Source: Amoebidium appalachense
Taxonomy: Eukaryota > Protista > Ichthyosporea
Reading direction: 5' to 3'
Length of the DNA stretch: 64,000 nucleotides
NCBI GenBank assembly: GCA_963693365.1
Contig: CAVNZM010000001.1
Location: 8,200,907-8,264,906 of the forward strand
Under the pieces are notes generated by a model. It saw only the letters and a list, made by a program, of their open reading frames with translations. It did no database searches and had not been told where the DNA came from. Below, piece by piece: positions 46,320-60,210 of the stretch. The position numbers and the translations under genes are program-made. How positions within the stretch are numbered: position 1 is the stretch's first letter; each line of letters begins with the position of its first letter.

Positions 46320-49300
46320 GGGGGGAGGTGAATTTTTTATTTTATTTTATTTTATTTTTTTATTTATTAATTTTTTATTTTTTTATTTTTTGGGGGGGGA
46401 GGGGGGGGGGGGGGTTGATCACTCGCAGGCACACAAGAAAGGATACAAGACACCTACCATGCTTCTGCCCATAATGGCCAGGTTTCGGCAGCATGCGACA
46501 GCATCAATCTCAGCCCTCTCTGCCGGTGTGTATTCATCCACAGGATACATTATGTGCGCCACAAGTTCATGAGATTCCGGTAAAACTATTGGGCTGCTGT
46601 TTGTGTACTCCTCTGTACACACTCCGGTAGCATCACAAAATCCGCAATTTTTTGTAGCAAAGTTACAGAATTTGCCGACAGTATGGGTGCATGTATGCAT
46701 GTCTGGTTGGGGTGGAAGAGGGATTTTGGTGGTGTGTTTGCGCACAAACACGGCGATTTGTGTGGCCCATCCAAGGTGTTGGTGGGTCGGTGGGGGGTCC
46801 CCTACCCCCGTAAAAGTGACGTCATATCCATATTCATGCGCTGTGTTTTGGCACCTGCATATATATCCACGCGTGAGTGCCATGACATAACCTGGCACAT
46901 ATTGCCCTTATCCACTGAATGAATTGTGTGGTGAGAAGGAAGTTCAACACAAAAGCTTACTTAAATATGACTTTGTTCTAGTTGGTATACTCTACCGGTA
47001 CCTCCCCCCCCCCCCCCCCCCCCCCCCCCGGCCTCACTCTCCCCCTCCCCCCCCCCCCCCCGGGAACCTTGATCCCTTCCCCCCCCCCCCCTCTCCCCCC
47101 CCCCCTGCCTCACTCTCCCCCCCCCCCCCCCCCCCCCCCCTTGGGAGCCTTAATCCCTTTCCCCTCCCCCCTCTCCCCCTCTCCTACCCATATAACACAC
47201 CATATAGTCACATCCAATTATATCCTTGTCTGGTCACACACATACACACTGGACACAAAGTCTGTTCTTGATTAATTTACTCACCATCTAGTCCCTTCCT
47301 CCCTTCCTCCCTACCTCACCACCACCACCCAACTCCCAAAAACGCTTCCCAGCCAACACATTTCTAACGAGTGCAGACACATAGATGGAAGAAAGTCCTC
47401 CCCCCCCCCCCCCCCCCTCCCCTCCCGTCCTCTCTGACACCCACACCCACCCACCCACCCAACCACCCACCCACACACACACACGTTGCACTCAAACCTC
47501 CACATTCCGTCCCCCCCCTCACCCCCCTCCACACACGCACACCCACCCACCCACCATTTCTGGAACTCTGTGCGTGACCATTCAAATTTGTGGTCTGCAT
47601 CTCTTAGCCTTTCCTCCTCACCCCACCTGCAGAACACATTATCGAAGAAACATTTTGATGTCAGAAGCTATACACAACCAATACTCACACTTGAACTCAA
47701 TTCAGCTTATCACTTGCGGAGCAAGCCACCCCCCCCCCCCCCCCCCCCCCCCTCCTCTCCCCCCTACATACACCACCACCACCACCCACCCACCCACCCA
47801 CCCATTTTCCACTTATCCGCAACCAAAAGAGACCCCCCGCCCCCCTCTCCCCCCTCCAAAAAAAGCAAACCAAAAGAACAAGCCCATTTCCTTGCCCTTG
47901 CGAGACGGGTACATCCCCTTATACATAACTCAGCAACCCCACATAATCCCCAACACACCAACCCAACCGCCCTCTCCCCTCACCCCCCCTTTCCCCCCCG
48001 GGTCCTCCCCTTCCCCCCCCCCCCCCCCCCCCCTCCCCCCCCCCCCCCCCCACCTTCTCTGGGGATGGCACCCACCCAAATAGCACGTTGTAGTCTCTGT
48101 TTGGGGTTGTGATGACCGCAACGGCAGGTTTTAGGGCCCCAAACACGACAGATGGGAAGGCATGAAGGGCAGGCGGGTGGAGGTGTTCGATCCTGTCACC
48201 ATGACTCGTTCAGTTTTCTTACCCCCCCTCCCCCCCCCCCCCCCCCCCCTTTGGGAGAAAAAAACAAACAAACAAAGAAACACACGCTCGTGCACACACA
48301 CACCTATTGCGGCCCACTTCGACTGCTATTCCGTCCCCCCCCCCCCCCCCCCCCACCCCCTTTTATACACACTCGAAAACACCCTACATGCCGTTATCCA
48401 ACATGCACACATGTATACATACACACACGCACACATACAGACAAACACGCACACGTGCACAGGGACACGTGCATCTGTGTGGACATGTGTGCATGCTTTG
48501 CCGCACCTCTGTCTCCGCAGGCGCAAACAGGATGAAGAAACTATTCACTGAAAAGGAAGAAAACTCAAACTTAAGTGTAATGATTCAAACGGCACTGCAA
48601 TATGCTCCCCCAAGTTTGCCTACAGGGGTCAATTAACCGTACCACCCCCTTCTCCCCCCTCCCCCCCCCCCCCCCTACGTTCCCTCACCCTCGAGGCCCC
48701 TCCCCCCTCCCTTACCCTCCCCATTTTCCCCCCCTGCTCAATCCCTTGTTCATTCATGTTCATCCCCCCCCCCCCCCCCATCCCCTCCACACCCACTTAC
48801 TTTCCTTCGTTTTTCTCGCTATCCGGGCCATCACACCCTCTCATCCCCCCCCCCCCCCCCCCTTTCTCCGCATCCCCCCCCCCCCCCCCCCGGAACTCAA
48901 CCCCAACTCTATCAAATTGTTTCTTCAACAATCCCCCCCCCTCCCCCTCCTCCCTCCCCCCACTCCCTCTTTCCTCCCCCCCCCCCTCCCCCTCCCCCTT
49001 CTTCCCCGGGGCCATACATCCCCAACCCGCATTAACCCACACGCGGGGATACATACACTTCCACACAGGCCAAAAGGTCTGCCCCGGCTAGCCGTCCATC
49101 AACCACATCCACAGAACCTGACGAGAAAGGCAGCAGTAAGCCTCGTGGGTAGAGGACTTCTCACCGCAAAATAAAGTACACGCACGGCAAAAAATGGAAG
49201 GGAAAAAAAGAGAGGACACCGCAAACCTTTAACATCCCCCGCCCTCCGCTACCAACAACACCACTACAGCACTGCGCGGATGCACACACACACACCTTTC

Positions 49301-49658
49301 TGGAGTGTGATCACGTAGCAGTGCCTATACCCCATGGCCGTGTGCACACGACTCACGTTAAAGTAAGGCTGTTGTGCTTTATACCAAAGCAACCCCCCTC
49401 CCCCCCAAAAATATAATATAAAAAAATAACATAGTGAAATGGATACACCAACTTACATATCCCCCCCCCCCCCCCCCCCCCCTGCTCCCCTTCCCCTGGA
49501 CCCGAGGATGCCCATTTTTCACACACGTTCTGTCCGCCTACACACACACCACCATTGACATGACGAGATATCTTGTGGAGGTACAGAACCCACCCGTATA
49601 CTGTTGTGTAGCAAATTGCATTATTAAATCAATTAGAACTCAACTCAAAAAAAAGTAG

Positions 49659-49705
<47 letters not shown>

Positions 49706-50557
49706 ACACAGGTACACACACACACACACACACACACACAGGCCATGCACACAACCTTTGAGCAGGGTTATGGTTCGTGACTCGTGCCTTGGGCACACAT
49801 GGTCATAGTACAGCGGCTCCAGCTCCCTGCGTGCTGTGTCCAGCACGCTGCCATTTACATCCAGCCCCCACATCTCACTCACCACCTCCACATGTTTGAG
49901 GTAGAGCAGAAGCCGCCCCGCCCCACACCCGTAGTCCACAACCTATAAGAGCCAAGCGATGTTGGAACCAATGCACTTTCCACAACAAGAAAAAAAAAGC
50001 ACCAAAACATGTTTACAGGGGAAATTTTGCCATACTCCCCACCGCAGCCAGAAACACACCAAAGGGGTGCTTTGTTCATTAGAGAAGTGCTGCCATTTGA
50101 ATTTCGTTTTCACATGTCAGCCCATGGTCACAGATCAAAAGATCACAATGGCCATCTTCGTGCAGGTAGTTGCACCCACGACAACAACAACTACCCAAAT
50201 AACTGTCCAATTCCAACCCCGACATTGCCCACCCCCACGCCAATCAAAAACTAAACCACAAAAACCGAGCCCAAACAAATTATGAGACAACCTCACCAAA
50301 CATCATCTTCCGTTCATTCCGAACACCCTCTGTTCAGTCCCTGCCCTACTGAGTTAAGTTCGAAATCGTAAATACCACCAATGAAACAGAACCAAGTCGA
50401 GCTAACATACCTTCTTTGCTCCGTGTTTGTTGACCTCTTGGCAGACAAAACGAAGACGCTGAGACCAGAGCGGTGGTTCAAAAAGTATCCGAGCGTTTTC
50501 TTTGTCAACGATTTCTGCATCTTCCAACCCAACGTAGGAGTCACAAATCATAGGCAT
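45378..50557 (-). CDS. HENMT1: Small RNA 2'-O-methyltransferase Hen1 (HENMT1-type, ~395 aa)
   Basis: Exons 50557-50411, 49942-49756, 49117-49057, 48192-48076, 47626-47555, 46854-46458, 45584-45378 (1188 nt, in frame). Hen1 motifs FEPPLWSQR (FxPP), VVDYGCGAG (SAM binding), [49 protein letters not shown]. Confidence 0.95.
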
Positions 50558-51477
50558 GGCTTTGATATTGTCACCTTAACTCTCATGTGCGGGAAGGGAC
50601 ATCTGTTTCTAAGTGCAGTACATGTACCAATGACCTTTCCTTGTGAAACGTGCACGATTCCCAAGGTCAGCCCATCTCAATCGTCCTGTGTTATCGACAT
50701 GGGTAGTCTGGTTGCAAGCCCAGGTCATGTCAGGCATCCATAGTGTTTCTGGCACGAGGCATCCGGCATGGGTCAGGCCTTATGTACAGCATATGCCGAT
50801 TGAATTTGACCTGTGGGCAGCATAAACATCCTGGCCTTAAGCTCAGCAAGTTATTAACCAATCTTTCACACCATTCAGACTCCACAGAAGCAAGAGATTT
50901 TCACAACACAATTGTAACGGTTTGTTGACACTTGAACCGTTTATGTGCTCTTTTTATGAAGTTGGCGCACTGGCTGTGAATAAACAAGGGAGAGCCAATC
51001 AAAGCTGAAAGAGCATCCGCCGAACCAATCGGGTGGCTGGAGTCGAAAATGGGCGCGGCTGGCTATGACCTCACGGCACTACCATAAAAGGAGTGATTAT
51101 AAATGTTTTCATTGGTGAAGGCAATTCAAGTGCAGGTGGTTTCCCGGGAGCCAATTAAAGCTCTACTCACTCGAGAGGGGCAAAACGATTTAACATTACC
51201 TGTATATATATGTGCATGTTTGCCACTATTATAAAAGCAATTTTTAAACATATTATAGTAAAATACACCAACAAAATATGAAATGTTAATATAAAGCGGT
51301 AATACTTAGGTGCAATAAAATTAAGACGCCATCGCTTCTAAATGGTTATTTTGCCCGCCTCTGCTAAATGGGCCGCAAGGTGTGCTTTTCGACACAAAAC
51401 AGCCACCCCCGCATCAGGCATTCACACACACACGGCCCCTTGACAGACGAGCCGACTGGTCAGGCTCGTAGCTGAAA
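50558..51477. promoter_or_regulatory. Bidirectional promoter between HENMT1 and DLST
   Basis: Divergent ATGs 920 bp apart. SSR-free, with CCAAT motifs at ~50995, ~51025, ~51111 (attgg) and ~51151. Confidence 0.6.
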
Positions 51478-54400
51478 ATGCTGACTCGTGCGAGCACTGC
51501 CGCGCTTAGGCGCTTGTCTGTTACCGCTGCCGCCCGGGTACGAAAGCGTTTATAACGACATATTAGCTAGCTATTCATGTTAGACATGTTGATGTGCTTT
51601 TTTTTTTTTTTTTTTTTTTTTCCCTGCCTTGCCAACGAGCAACCATTTATGCCACTCAGCCATGTTCTCGAAGTCGTGGACTCCAACGTTACGACGCCCA
51701 CTCATACAGCCACTGCATTTTTTTTTTCCAGGATTTACGCTGCGTCACCTTTTTTTCTAGTGTCCTTTTGACATCGAGACAGATAGATGGGCATCAGTTT
51801 GACACCGGCCAGGCTCCCTCCCCTGTGTACATGTTCTGTACTAACTGGGGGTGTGCACAGGCCGGCCGCCAGTCCGCACGGAGGGCCAGCCATGTTGCTG
51901 CTGCCGTGAGCCGCCCCGTTGTGTCTGCCCGGGTTGCTGTGCCCGTGGCCATCTCCTCCGTCCGCCACTTCCGCGCCACCTCGGCTGCCTGTGAGTACCA
52001 GAAGTTCACCATCGTTGTAGCTGGAACACGGATTATGGTCGGATAGACAGGGTGGGGAAGGAAGAAGGGCGGAGGGGTTTTTTTTTGGGGGGGGGGGGAG
52101 GGGGAGGGGGAGGGGGGGGGAAGGGGAGGTTAGAGAAACAACACGAAGTTTTATTTGGGGTGAGAGAGGGCAATGAATTTCTTTGCAGTAAGACTTCTGG
52201 TTTTGGCTTCCTCCCTCGTGGATTTACAAGCTTTTAAGGATAGTCATCCCCCTTCCCCCTGTCTAGACTCTACACAGAGGGAGTTGGGAAAACACAACAG
52301 GTGTCAGCACGTTCGGAAACGGGGAAGGATAAATGGCCATGGTGGTGGTGTGTGGGTGGAGTGGTGGGTGGTGGCTGGAAGCCACCGAAACGGTGGTGCT
52401 TAGTATGTGGATGTGGGTGATGAACGGGGGTAGGAGGGGCAGGTGGGTGGAGGGGGAGGGGGGGGGGGGATCGAAGAGGATGGGAAGGGCAGTTATCAAG
52501 GTTGGTGCTGGAGTTACTGGAGATGCTCCTTTTCCCTAACACCCGGCCAACACGATTCATAATCTCCCACGATTGGGTTCTCTTTGTTACTGACTGAGTG
52601 TGTTTGCAGTTGAGAAGAAGGTCATCCCCGTGCCCAACCTGGCTGATTCCGTCACAAACGGTGACATCTCTCAATGGACTAAGAGTATGCTTCCCATCTC
52701 CCACATTTTTCCCCTTCACTTTGCCCTTCGTCGCGTTTGTAGCTGTCCTGAGGCACTCATTCATCTTCAGTCTTCCAACAGTCTGAAACTGCAGCCGCTT
52801 CTCCCCCACACCTCTCAAGCCCCTGTAAATCGCCCCTACTTGTGGTTTCTGCTGCTCTACCACTCTCTTGTATTTCATCTCATTTTTTCTTAACCCAATC
52901 AATTGCATGATCCTGCTGAAAATCATTCGGGCAGAGCACGTTGATAGATGCCTAACCAATGCCAATTCTTCAAATCACCAGAGTTTAAGATGATGCAGCT
53001 TCAGTAAATACAGTGCAGTACCTGACACTGATCAATTGCATGTGCAGAGGTCGGTGACTATGTCAACGTGGACGATGTCGTGTGCGTGCTCGAGACCGAT
53101 AAGGTGAGGTTTTCTCTCGCTTCTGGGTGCTATCTCTGTCTTTCGTGTCAGGAATTGGGTGCGTGTGTGATTGAAGGAGGAGAGCGTTGGTTTCCGATGC
53201 TCCCCCTTCTCCCCCCCCCTTCCTCTTCCTCCTTTCCCTTCTCTCCCTCCTCTCTCTCTAGGGACGAGCATTGCTGCAAAGAACCAGGGCTTTGTTCTTT
53301 GGAGTGTCAATTCTTGCTCCTCCGTTTGTACGTGCTTGTATGGCTGCAATGACCTGTATAGTATCAGGAGTTGTGGATAGAATTCGAACCCCACAAAACG
53401 AAGGTGGTTTTGTTTTCAAGTAACATCTGGTGTTTACCCTGCCGGCAAAGTCATACTGCACCTCTATTATAATGCTAAAGATCCACATATCTTTAGCAGA
53501 AGCCAACATAAAGAACCACTGCCTTCAAACTTACCCCCCAACTCTCACCATTGGAGAAATTTCCTCTTAAGGACAAGGTGGACCTTGGCAGTGAACCATT
53601 ACCACATGCCTGACACCTTTTTTCTTTTTGTTTTCTCTTTTTTTCTTTCCTTTTTCCAGGTTGATATCGAGGTGTCGTCGCCAGCTTCTGGTGTGATCAC
53701 ACAGGTGTTTGCCAACCAGGGTGACTCTGTCGAGGTCGGCCAGAACCTCTTTGAGCTCGACACCGCCGGTATGTGCCCGGATACATGGAGGGAGATAATA
53801 TTGGGTGGTTATGCATGGAGAAAGATTATATTGGGTGGTTTTGCACGGAGAAATAGATGGGTGGGTGGAAGGATGGGGATGAGGGAGGGGGAGGTAATCG
53901 CTCTTAGCATCACTGCAGGTTGTTGTTTTGTAGTCATATATGAACAGTTAAGAATATGGGAGGGAAGGGGAAGGGGGGAGGGGGCTGGTATTCTGGTGCA
54001 TTTATTATCACGGGAGATTGTTTGGGTAGGACGTGTTGGCGTGTGTGTGTGTAGGGAGGGGAGAGTGGGGGTGCATGGGGCGAAGGGGGGGGGGGGGGGG
54101 GGGGCTTGATACCGTTTAGACAATGACAAGTGTCAGTCTTACTCTATGCCACTTGCCCCCCCCCCCCCCCCCCCCCCCGGGGGCACACACACAACACACA
54201 CACACAAAACATCACCGCTCGTTCCTACACACGTCTGTGCTTAAATATCCGAAGTGGGTTTTCTGTTTTGAATCTTTTCTCTTCACACTTTCTGACTCAT
54301 TGTAACTTTTCCTCACCCTCTCCTCTCCTCTCCCCTTACCTTCCCCCCGCCCCCCCCCCCCCCCCCCCCTCTTTCCCCGGGTTCTGTTCATTATGCATTC

Positions 54401-55458
54401 TCTTCATGTGTCCTTTGCACTGTGCATTTTTTTTTCTTTTATGAATGTGTACTTGGTGTTCTATAACACATTCTGACCCTCCCACTACCCCCCCCCCCCC
54501 CCCCCCCCCCCCCCCACCCCCACCTCTCCGTCTCCCAACCTTCTCTCCCCCTCTCTCCCTCCCTCTACTCCCTCCCGCCCTTTCCCCTCCCCGCCCTCCC
54601 TTCCCCCTCTCTCTCTCCCTTACCCCCACAGCCACTGCCGGGTCTGCTGCCCCAGCTGCGGCCCCCAAGGCCGAGACCCCGGCTCCCGCTACCCCGGCTC
54701 CGGAGAAGAAGGCCGAGGCCCCCGCCGCTGCTCCCCCCAAGGCTGCGGCTCCCCCCGCACCTAAGCCCGCTGCACCGGCACCAAAGGCCGCGGGTAGGTG
54801 CTTGTTTTGTTACTTTTTTCTTTTTCTTGGTTGGAAGGAGGGTGGGTGGGGGGGGGGGGGGGGGGGGAGGGGGGGTTTGGGGGGGGGGGGAATCTAGGTG
54901 TGTGTGTGTGTGTGCGTGCGTGTGTGTGGAGCCTGTTTTTGTGCATATCGGCTAGCTGATCAGTCAACATTCAGAACAAACTATGCAAAGCCGTGTCGCA
55001 AAGAGAATGGAAGACAATATACCGCGGAGGGAGGGGGGGGGGGGGGAGTAATGCATGATTGTTGTACACGTGCTAACCATCCGTAATTTCCAGCCCCTGC
55101 CGAGGCTGCACCTGCCCCCGCTGCCGCCGCATATGGCGAACGCCGGGTAAGACCCCCTGTTTTCATTTTGGTTGAAATGTCGCGGACGTACACCCGTGCC
55201 CATTTCTTGTTGTTTCTAATATGCTCGTGCCCTGTTAATATGTATCTGCATACACGCATATCTGTGCATGGAGTGATTTTTACTTGTGTAGACGTGAATT
55301 TGGAATATGCCTCCTGTGTTTCTATTGTGACCCCCCCCCCCCCCCCCCCCCCCCCCCGAGGATGAGCTCTGCTTATTATGCATACTCTTTATGTATGGTT
55401 TGCATTCTGCATCGTGTTATCCGTTGTTCTTGTGTACTTCGTACTTTTTGACGCATTC

Positions 55459-55493
<35 letters not shown>

Positions 55494-57065
55494 TTCTTTC
55501 CCCCGTGGTCTGCCAATATACAGATTTTTCCCCATACGTCCAATACTACAATTAAGTGACATCTTGATCATTTGGGCTCCACTCCCCCCCGAAAAAAAAA
55601 TACCCACCCGATCCCCCCACGTGTCAGACACCTACATGGGTTGGTTTTCTCATGGGATCGCACACGGGATAAGACACACTTAAGACATGCACACACACAT
55701 ACGCACACACACACACATACATACACACACAGATCCCACTGCCTGCCATAGCAGGATACTACTTGCCATCATTACCTCCCCCCCCCCCCCCCCCCCCCCC
55801 TCCCCCCGGCGCGTGAATCCTTCCAGAGCACACAAACATATCATACACTCTTCATATCCATGTGCCCTTTTTCATATCCATTTACCATCTGCCTACCCCA
55901 AATACCTGTGACCATGCACGTCATGTATCTGTGTGCTGATTCACTGTGTACTAAGTGTGGTATGTGGTATGTGGTATAGTATGTCTCCTGTGTGCTGGTG
56001 CACTGTGACTACCAGTCATGGTATGTGGTATGTGGGATGGTATGTATCTGTGTGCTGATTCACTGCCTGCAGGTCAAGATGAACCGCATGCGCCTGCGCA
56101 TTGCCGAGCGCTTGAAGGATGCCCAGAACACAAACGCCATGCTGACCACCTTCAACGAGGTCGACATGAGGTCAGTGCCTGCAAACACACACACACACAT
56201 GCACACACACACACACACACAAAACACACCACATACCCAGTCTCATCCACCCCTCCCCCCGTATTCTCCTTTGCGTTGTACTACTGGGTACTCTGGCCCC
56301 CTCCCCCGTCCCCCCTCCCCTCGCCCACACGGCCGCATGCAAAACACCTGCCCCTACCTTCATCCTTTTTTGGGTTTTGTGGTGCTTCGTTGTCCCCCCC
56401 CCCCCCCCCCCCTCCCCTCTTCCTCCTCCTCCTCCTCCTCCTCCTCCTTCTGGGGATGGGCACTGCTTGTTATGCATTCTTGTGTGTGGATTGCACTCTG
56501 CATTGTGTTGTCTGTCATGAATATTTACTTCGTACACTATGACACACCCCACAACCCCCCCCCCAACAGTATCTGAGTTGGGTTTCGTTAACGAGGTGAA
56601 TAGGTCGAAACTCGGGTACTGTGGATGACGTGGGCCCCCCCTGAGAATGGGCTCTGCTTATTATGCATACTCTTTATGTATGGCTTGCATTCTGCATCGT
56701 GTTATCCGTTTGTTCTTGTGTACTTAGTACTTTTTGACGCATTCAAACCCCCCCCCCCCCCCCCCCCTCCCCCTATCACAACTCCAGCCCACAACTCATA
56801 GATCACAGAGCACGGGCCCACTCCTTCCCCATACTCCCACCCTCGTTCTATTGCTCTTTGTTCCCATCCCCCCTCCCCCCTCCACCCCCCCCCCCCTCCC
56901 TCCCCAAAACACCACAAGCACACACACATACACTCACGCCGCCATCCGCCCACCTGCCCATCCATCCTTCTATCCCATGCACGTCACCTACCTCTGCAAC
57001 CACTTAATCGTTATATGCACCAGTATGTGTGTCATATTCGGCCATGTGTACTCGGGTGTGCTCAG

Positions 57066-57128
<63 letters not shown>

Positions 57129-57952
57129 CCCATGTGTATATTTACTAGTATACATATACCCCTACGTACATGTATATGCACCACTAACACACCTCTACAC
57201 AGCAACATCATGGCTCTGCGCAACAAGTTCAAGGACGACTTCCTCAAGGCCCACGGTGTCAAGCTGGGCTTCATGTCTGCTTTCCTGTCCGGCACGGCAT
57301 CTGCACTCAAGGACCAGCCGGTCGTCAATGCCGGTACGTGCACACACATGCACACACGTGTGTATATGCAGGCAGAGGTAGAATGCACGTGAGAGAGATG
57401 GGGGGAGAGACGGAGGGGGCTGGAGACCGGGGGAGATGGGGTGGGGGGAGGGGGGGGAGGGAGAGATGCGGGGCGGGGTGGGGGGAGGGGGGAGGGGGGA
57501 TAGGGAGGGACTGGGGGAGGGAGAGATGGAGGGGACAGAGAGTAGAAGAGGCATCCTCAAGAGCATACACACATGCTGCCATGTAGACACACACATTCAC
57601 TCACAACCATGCCCCACAAGCTCTTGCCCCCCTCGGGTACTGTGGATGACGTGGGCCCCCCCTGAGGATGGGCTCTGCTTATTATGCATACTCTTTATGT
57701 ATGGTTTGCATTCTGCATCGTGTTATCCGTTTTTCTTGTGTACTTCGTACTTTGACACATTCAACCCCCCCCCCCCCTCGCCCCCAATCCGTCACCCCCG
57801 TTGTCGTTCGTCGGGAATTAGTACTTCGGTCGTTGTTTTAACACGTTCTACCCCCCCCCCCCCCCCCCTCACACACACACACACAGTCATTGATGGCCAG
57901 GAGATCGTCTACCGTGACTCCATCGACATCAGCGTGGCTGTTGCCTCCCCCA

Positions 57953-57994
<42 letters not shown>

Positions 57995-58669
57995 TCAATC
58001 TGGAAGATTGACCGGAGGATGCGGGGCGTTTTATGGGAGGGGAGTGGGGGGGGGGGGGGGGAGGGGGGGGGGGGGGGATGCGGGGGGTTTTTTTGGGGGG
58101 GGGGGGGGGTTGTTCATGCCATTGGCGAAGTCGGTGGGGAGGAAGGAAGTTGGAGGGGGAGGGTTGAAAGAAGTTGAATAGGACACCGGATGTGTGCTAT
58201 GACGAAGAGCACACAGTTGGCATGGCATGTGACTCAGGTTGTGTCCGTTGTTTTTCGGGTTTCAGTGCTAACAAGTTTATTTTCGTTTTTCGTTTTTCGT
58301 TTTTTTAGGGTCTGGTTGTGCCTGTGATCCGTGGGTGCAACAACTACAACTACGCTGATTTCGAGAAGGCAATTGCCTCCCTGGGCAAGAAGGTACGTCT
58401 TTTTCTTGTTTTGTTCGTTTGTTGTCCTTTTGAGGAAAAGGGGGCGGGGGGAGGGAGGGGGGCTGGGATTGTGTCCTACGAGGTGGGGAAGGGAAGGGGT
58501 GAGGTGGCGTGAGGGGGAGGGGGGGGGGGGGATGTGAGGGAGGTCGGTGAATTAGTTTAAAATTCTCATGGTGGGCGAGAAAAAGGCAGGAGTAGAAATG
58601 ACCTGCCCACAAATACGTAAGAGGCCAATATGGGCTTAGTTTTTTTGTTCATCTTCCTCTTCTTCTTCT

Positions 58670-58708
<39 letters not shown>

Positions 58709-60210
58709 CGTATTTTGCGATTTGATAGGGGCCGCGGGACATAGGGCTGTGATTTGCAATGGGAAACCAGAGACTGCAATAACGTGATAATATTGTGTGT
58801 ACTTGTGAGTGTACGATGACGGGCAGTTCCGGCCGGGATCTATCGGGTGGCCTAAGTAATGAGTGGCCCAAGGATTTGTGTTGGATGGGGGATCCTTTTA
58901 GGCCGAATTACATGCCTTTTCGGGTCAGGTCAGAATGCGCATCTCGAAATCATAGGACGTTAATCGGTTTCGGGTCAGACCTGCCCCAGATCCTTTTAAT
59001 AAACTCCCTAATATAGTGAACTGACAAATTTTTCTATTTTTAGGCCCGCGACGGCGAGATTGCCATTGAAGACATGACCGGCGGTACCTTCACCATCTCC
59101 AACGGGGGGGTCTTTGGCTCCCTCATGGGCACCCCCATCATCAACCCCCCCCAGTCTGCTATTCTCGGCATGCACGGTGTCTTCGACCGCCCCGTGGCTG
59201 TCAACGGCAAGGTGCGTGTTCACGACCTCGCACACGTGCACACACATGTTCACGCACACACACACACACACACCCTCTTACAATAGCACAATCACACACT
59301 CACTCACATGTGTATGTGCATCCTCGCAGACGTGCCCACACACACACACACATGCACACACATACATGCACATATACGCACATGCGTGCGTACTCGGGCG
59401 CACAACCAATGCAAACATTTAGTCACCAGATTTTGCAGAGACACACAGACACTGCATACACATTTCATCTCACACGCACCTTTTAAACACAGCACACACA
59501 CAAACTGTCGTCCACCAGAGATCCCAAATTTGAAATATTGTGCTCACACCTGTCAATGTGGTTGTTTACTTCGGATATAATAGACAGCGCATACACACAT
59601 GTGAACCCACATCTCCCTTTTTTTCTCCCCTGTGCTGGGGCAGATGTCTCGCGCTCTTTGTTCGATTGCTTTTGCATGTCCGACTTTCCGCTGCCTGTTC
59701 TTATCACCGTGTGATTCGTCCTCCCCCCCCCCCCCGGGAATAGGTCGAAACTCGGGTACTGTGGATGACGTGGGCCCCCCCTGAGGATGGGCTCTGCTTA
59801 TTATGCATACTCTTTATGTATGGCTTGCATTCTGCATCGTGTTATCCGTTTGTTCTTGTGTACTTCGTACTTTTTAACGCATTCAAACCCCCCCCCCCCC
59901 CCCCCCCCTACCCCACCCACCCGGTGCACCTCCCCTCGGCCACACACATACACACACGTGTGTACATGTACGCACACACACACACCATCCCCTGCCACCC
60001 CCCAAATCCATCGTATCACCCCCGCCTTTTACAAGTTTCCGTGTTCTCACATGCTATATATTACCTCTCATGCAGGTTGAGATCCGGCCCATGATGTACA
60101 TTGCGCTGACCTACGACCACCGCCTGATTGACGGCCGGGAGGCTGTGACATTCCTGCGCCACATCAAGGCCTCCGTCGAGGACCCCGCCCGCCTTCTCCT
60201 CGGCTTGTAA
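51478..60210 (+). CDS. DLST: Dihydrolipoyllysine-residue succinyltransferase (E2 of 2-oxoglutarate dehydrogenase), mitochondrial
   Basis: 13 exons: 51478-51537, 51861-51990, 52610-52684, 53048-53103, 53660-53768, 54632-54793, 55094-55146, 56073-56170, 57203-57333, 57887-57954, 58309-58392, 59044-59211, 60076-60210. Lipoyl motif LETDKVDIEV, Ala/Pro linker, [47 protein letters not shown], catalytic YDHRLIDG. Confidence 0.97.
53370..53455 (-). pseudogene. Degenerate tRNA-like (Ser-type) fragment or SINE head
   Basis: Minus strand ttgccggcagggtaa...ACTTGAAA...GGGTTCGAATTC resembles the A box, anticodon loop and T-loop/B box. The stems are decayed. Confidence 0.25.
55357..55460 (+). mobile_element. 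Repeat family X, 5'-truncated copy (DLST intron)
   Basis: gaggatgagctctgcttattatgcatactct...gacgcattcaa between two C-tracts. Confidence 0.85.
56598..56747 (+). mobile_element. Repeat family X, full-length-like copy (DLST intron)
   Basis: gaataggtcgaaactcgggtactgtggatgacgtggg...gacgcattcaaa followed by poly-C. Confidence 0.9.
57632..57764 (+). mobile_element. Repeat family X, slightly 5'-truncated copy (DLST intron)
   Basis: Starts ctcgggtactgtggatgac after a C-run and ends cattcaa + poly-C. Confidence 0.9.
59738..59887 (+). mobile_element. Repeat family X, full-length-like copy (DLST intron)
   Basis: Nearly identical to 56598-56747, with C-tracts on both sides. Confidence 0.9.

Noticed and set aside
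58700-59010. Degenerate DNA-transposon remnant in a DLST intron
   Set aside because: Only a loose inverted similarity (gggcagttccggcc / gggtcagacctgccc) is visible. There is no defined TIR pair or TSD.
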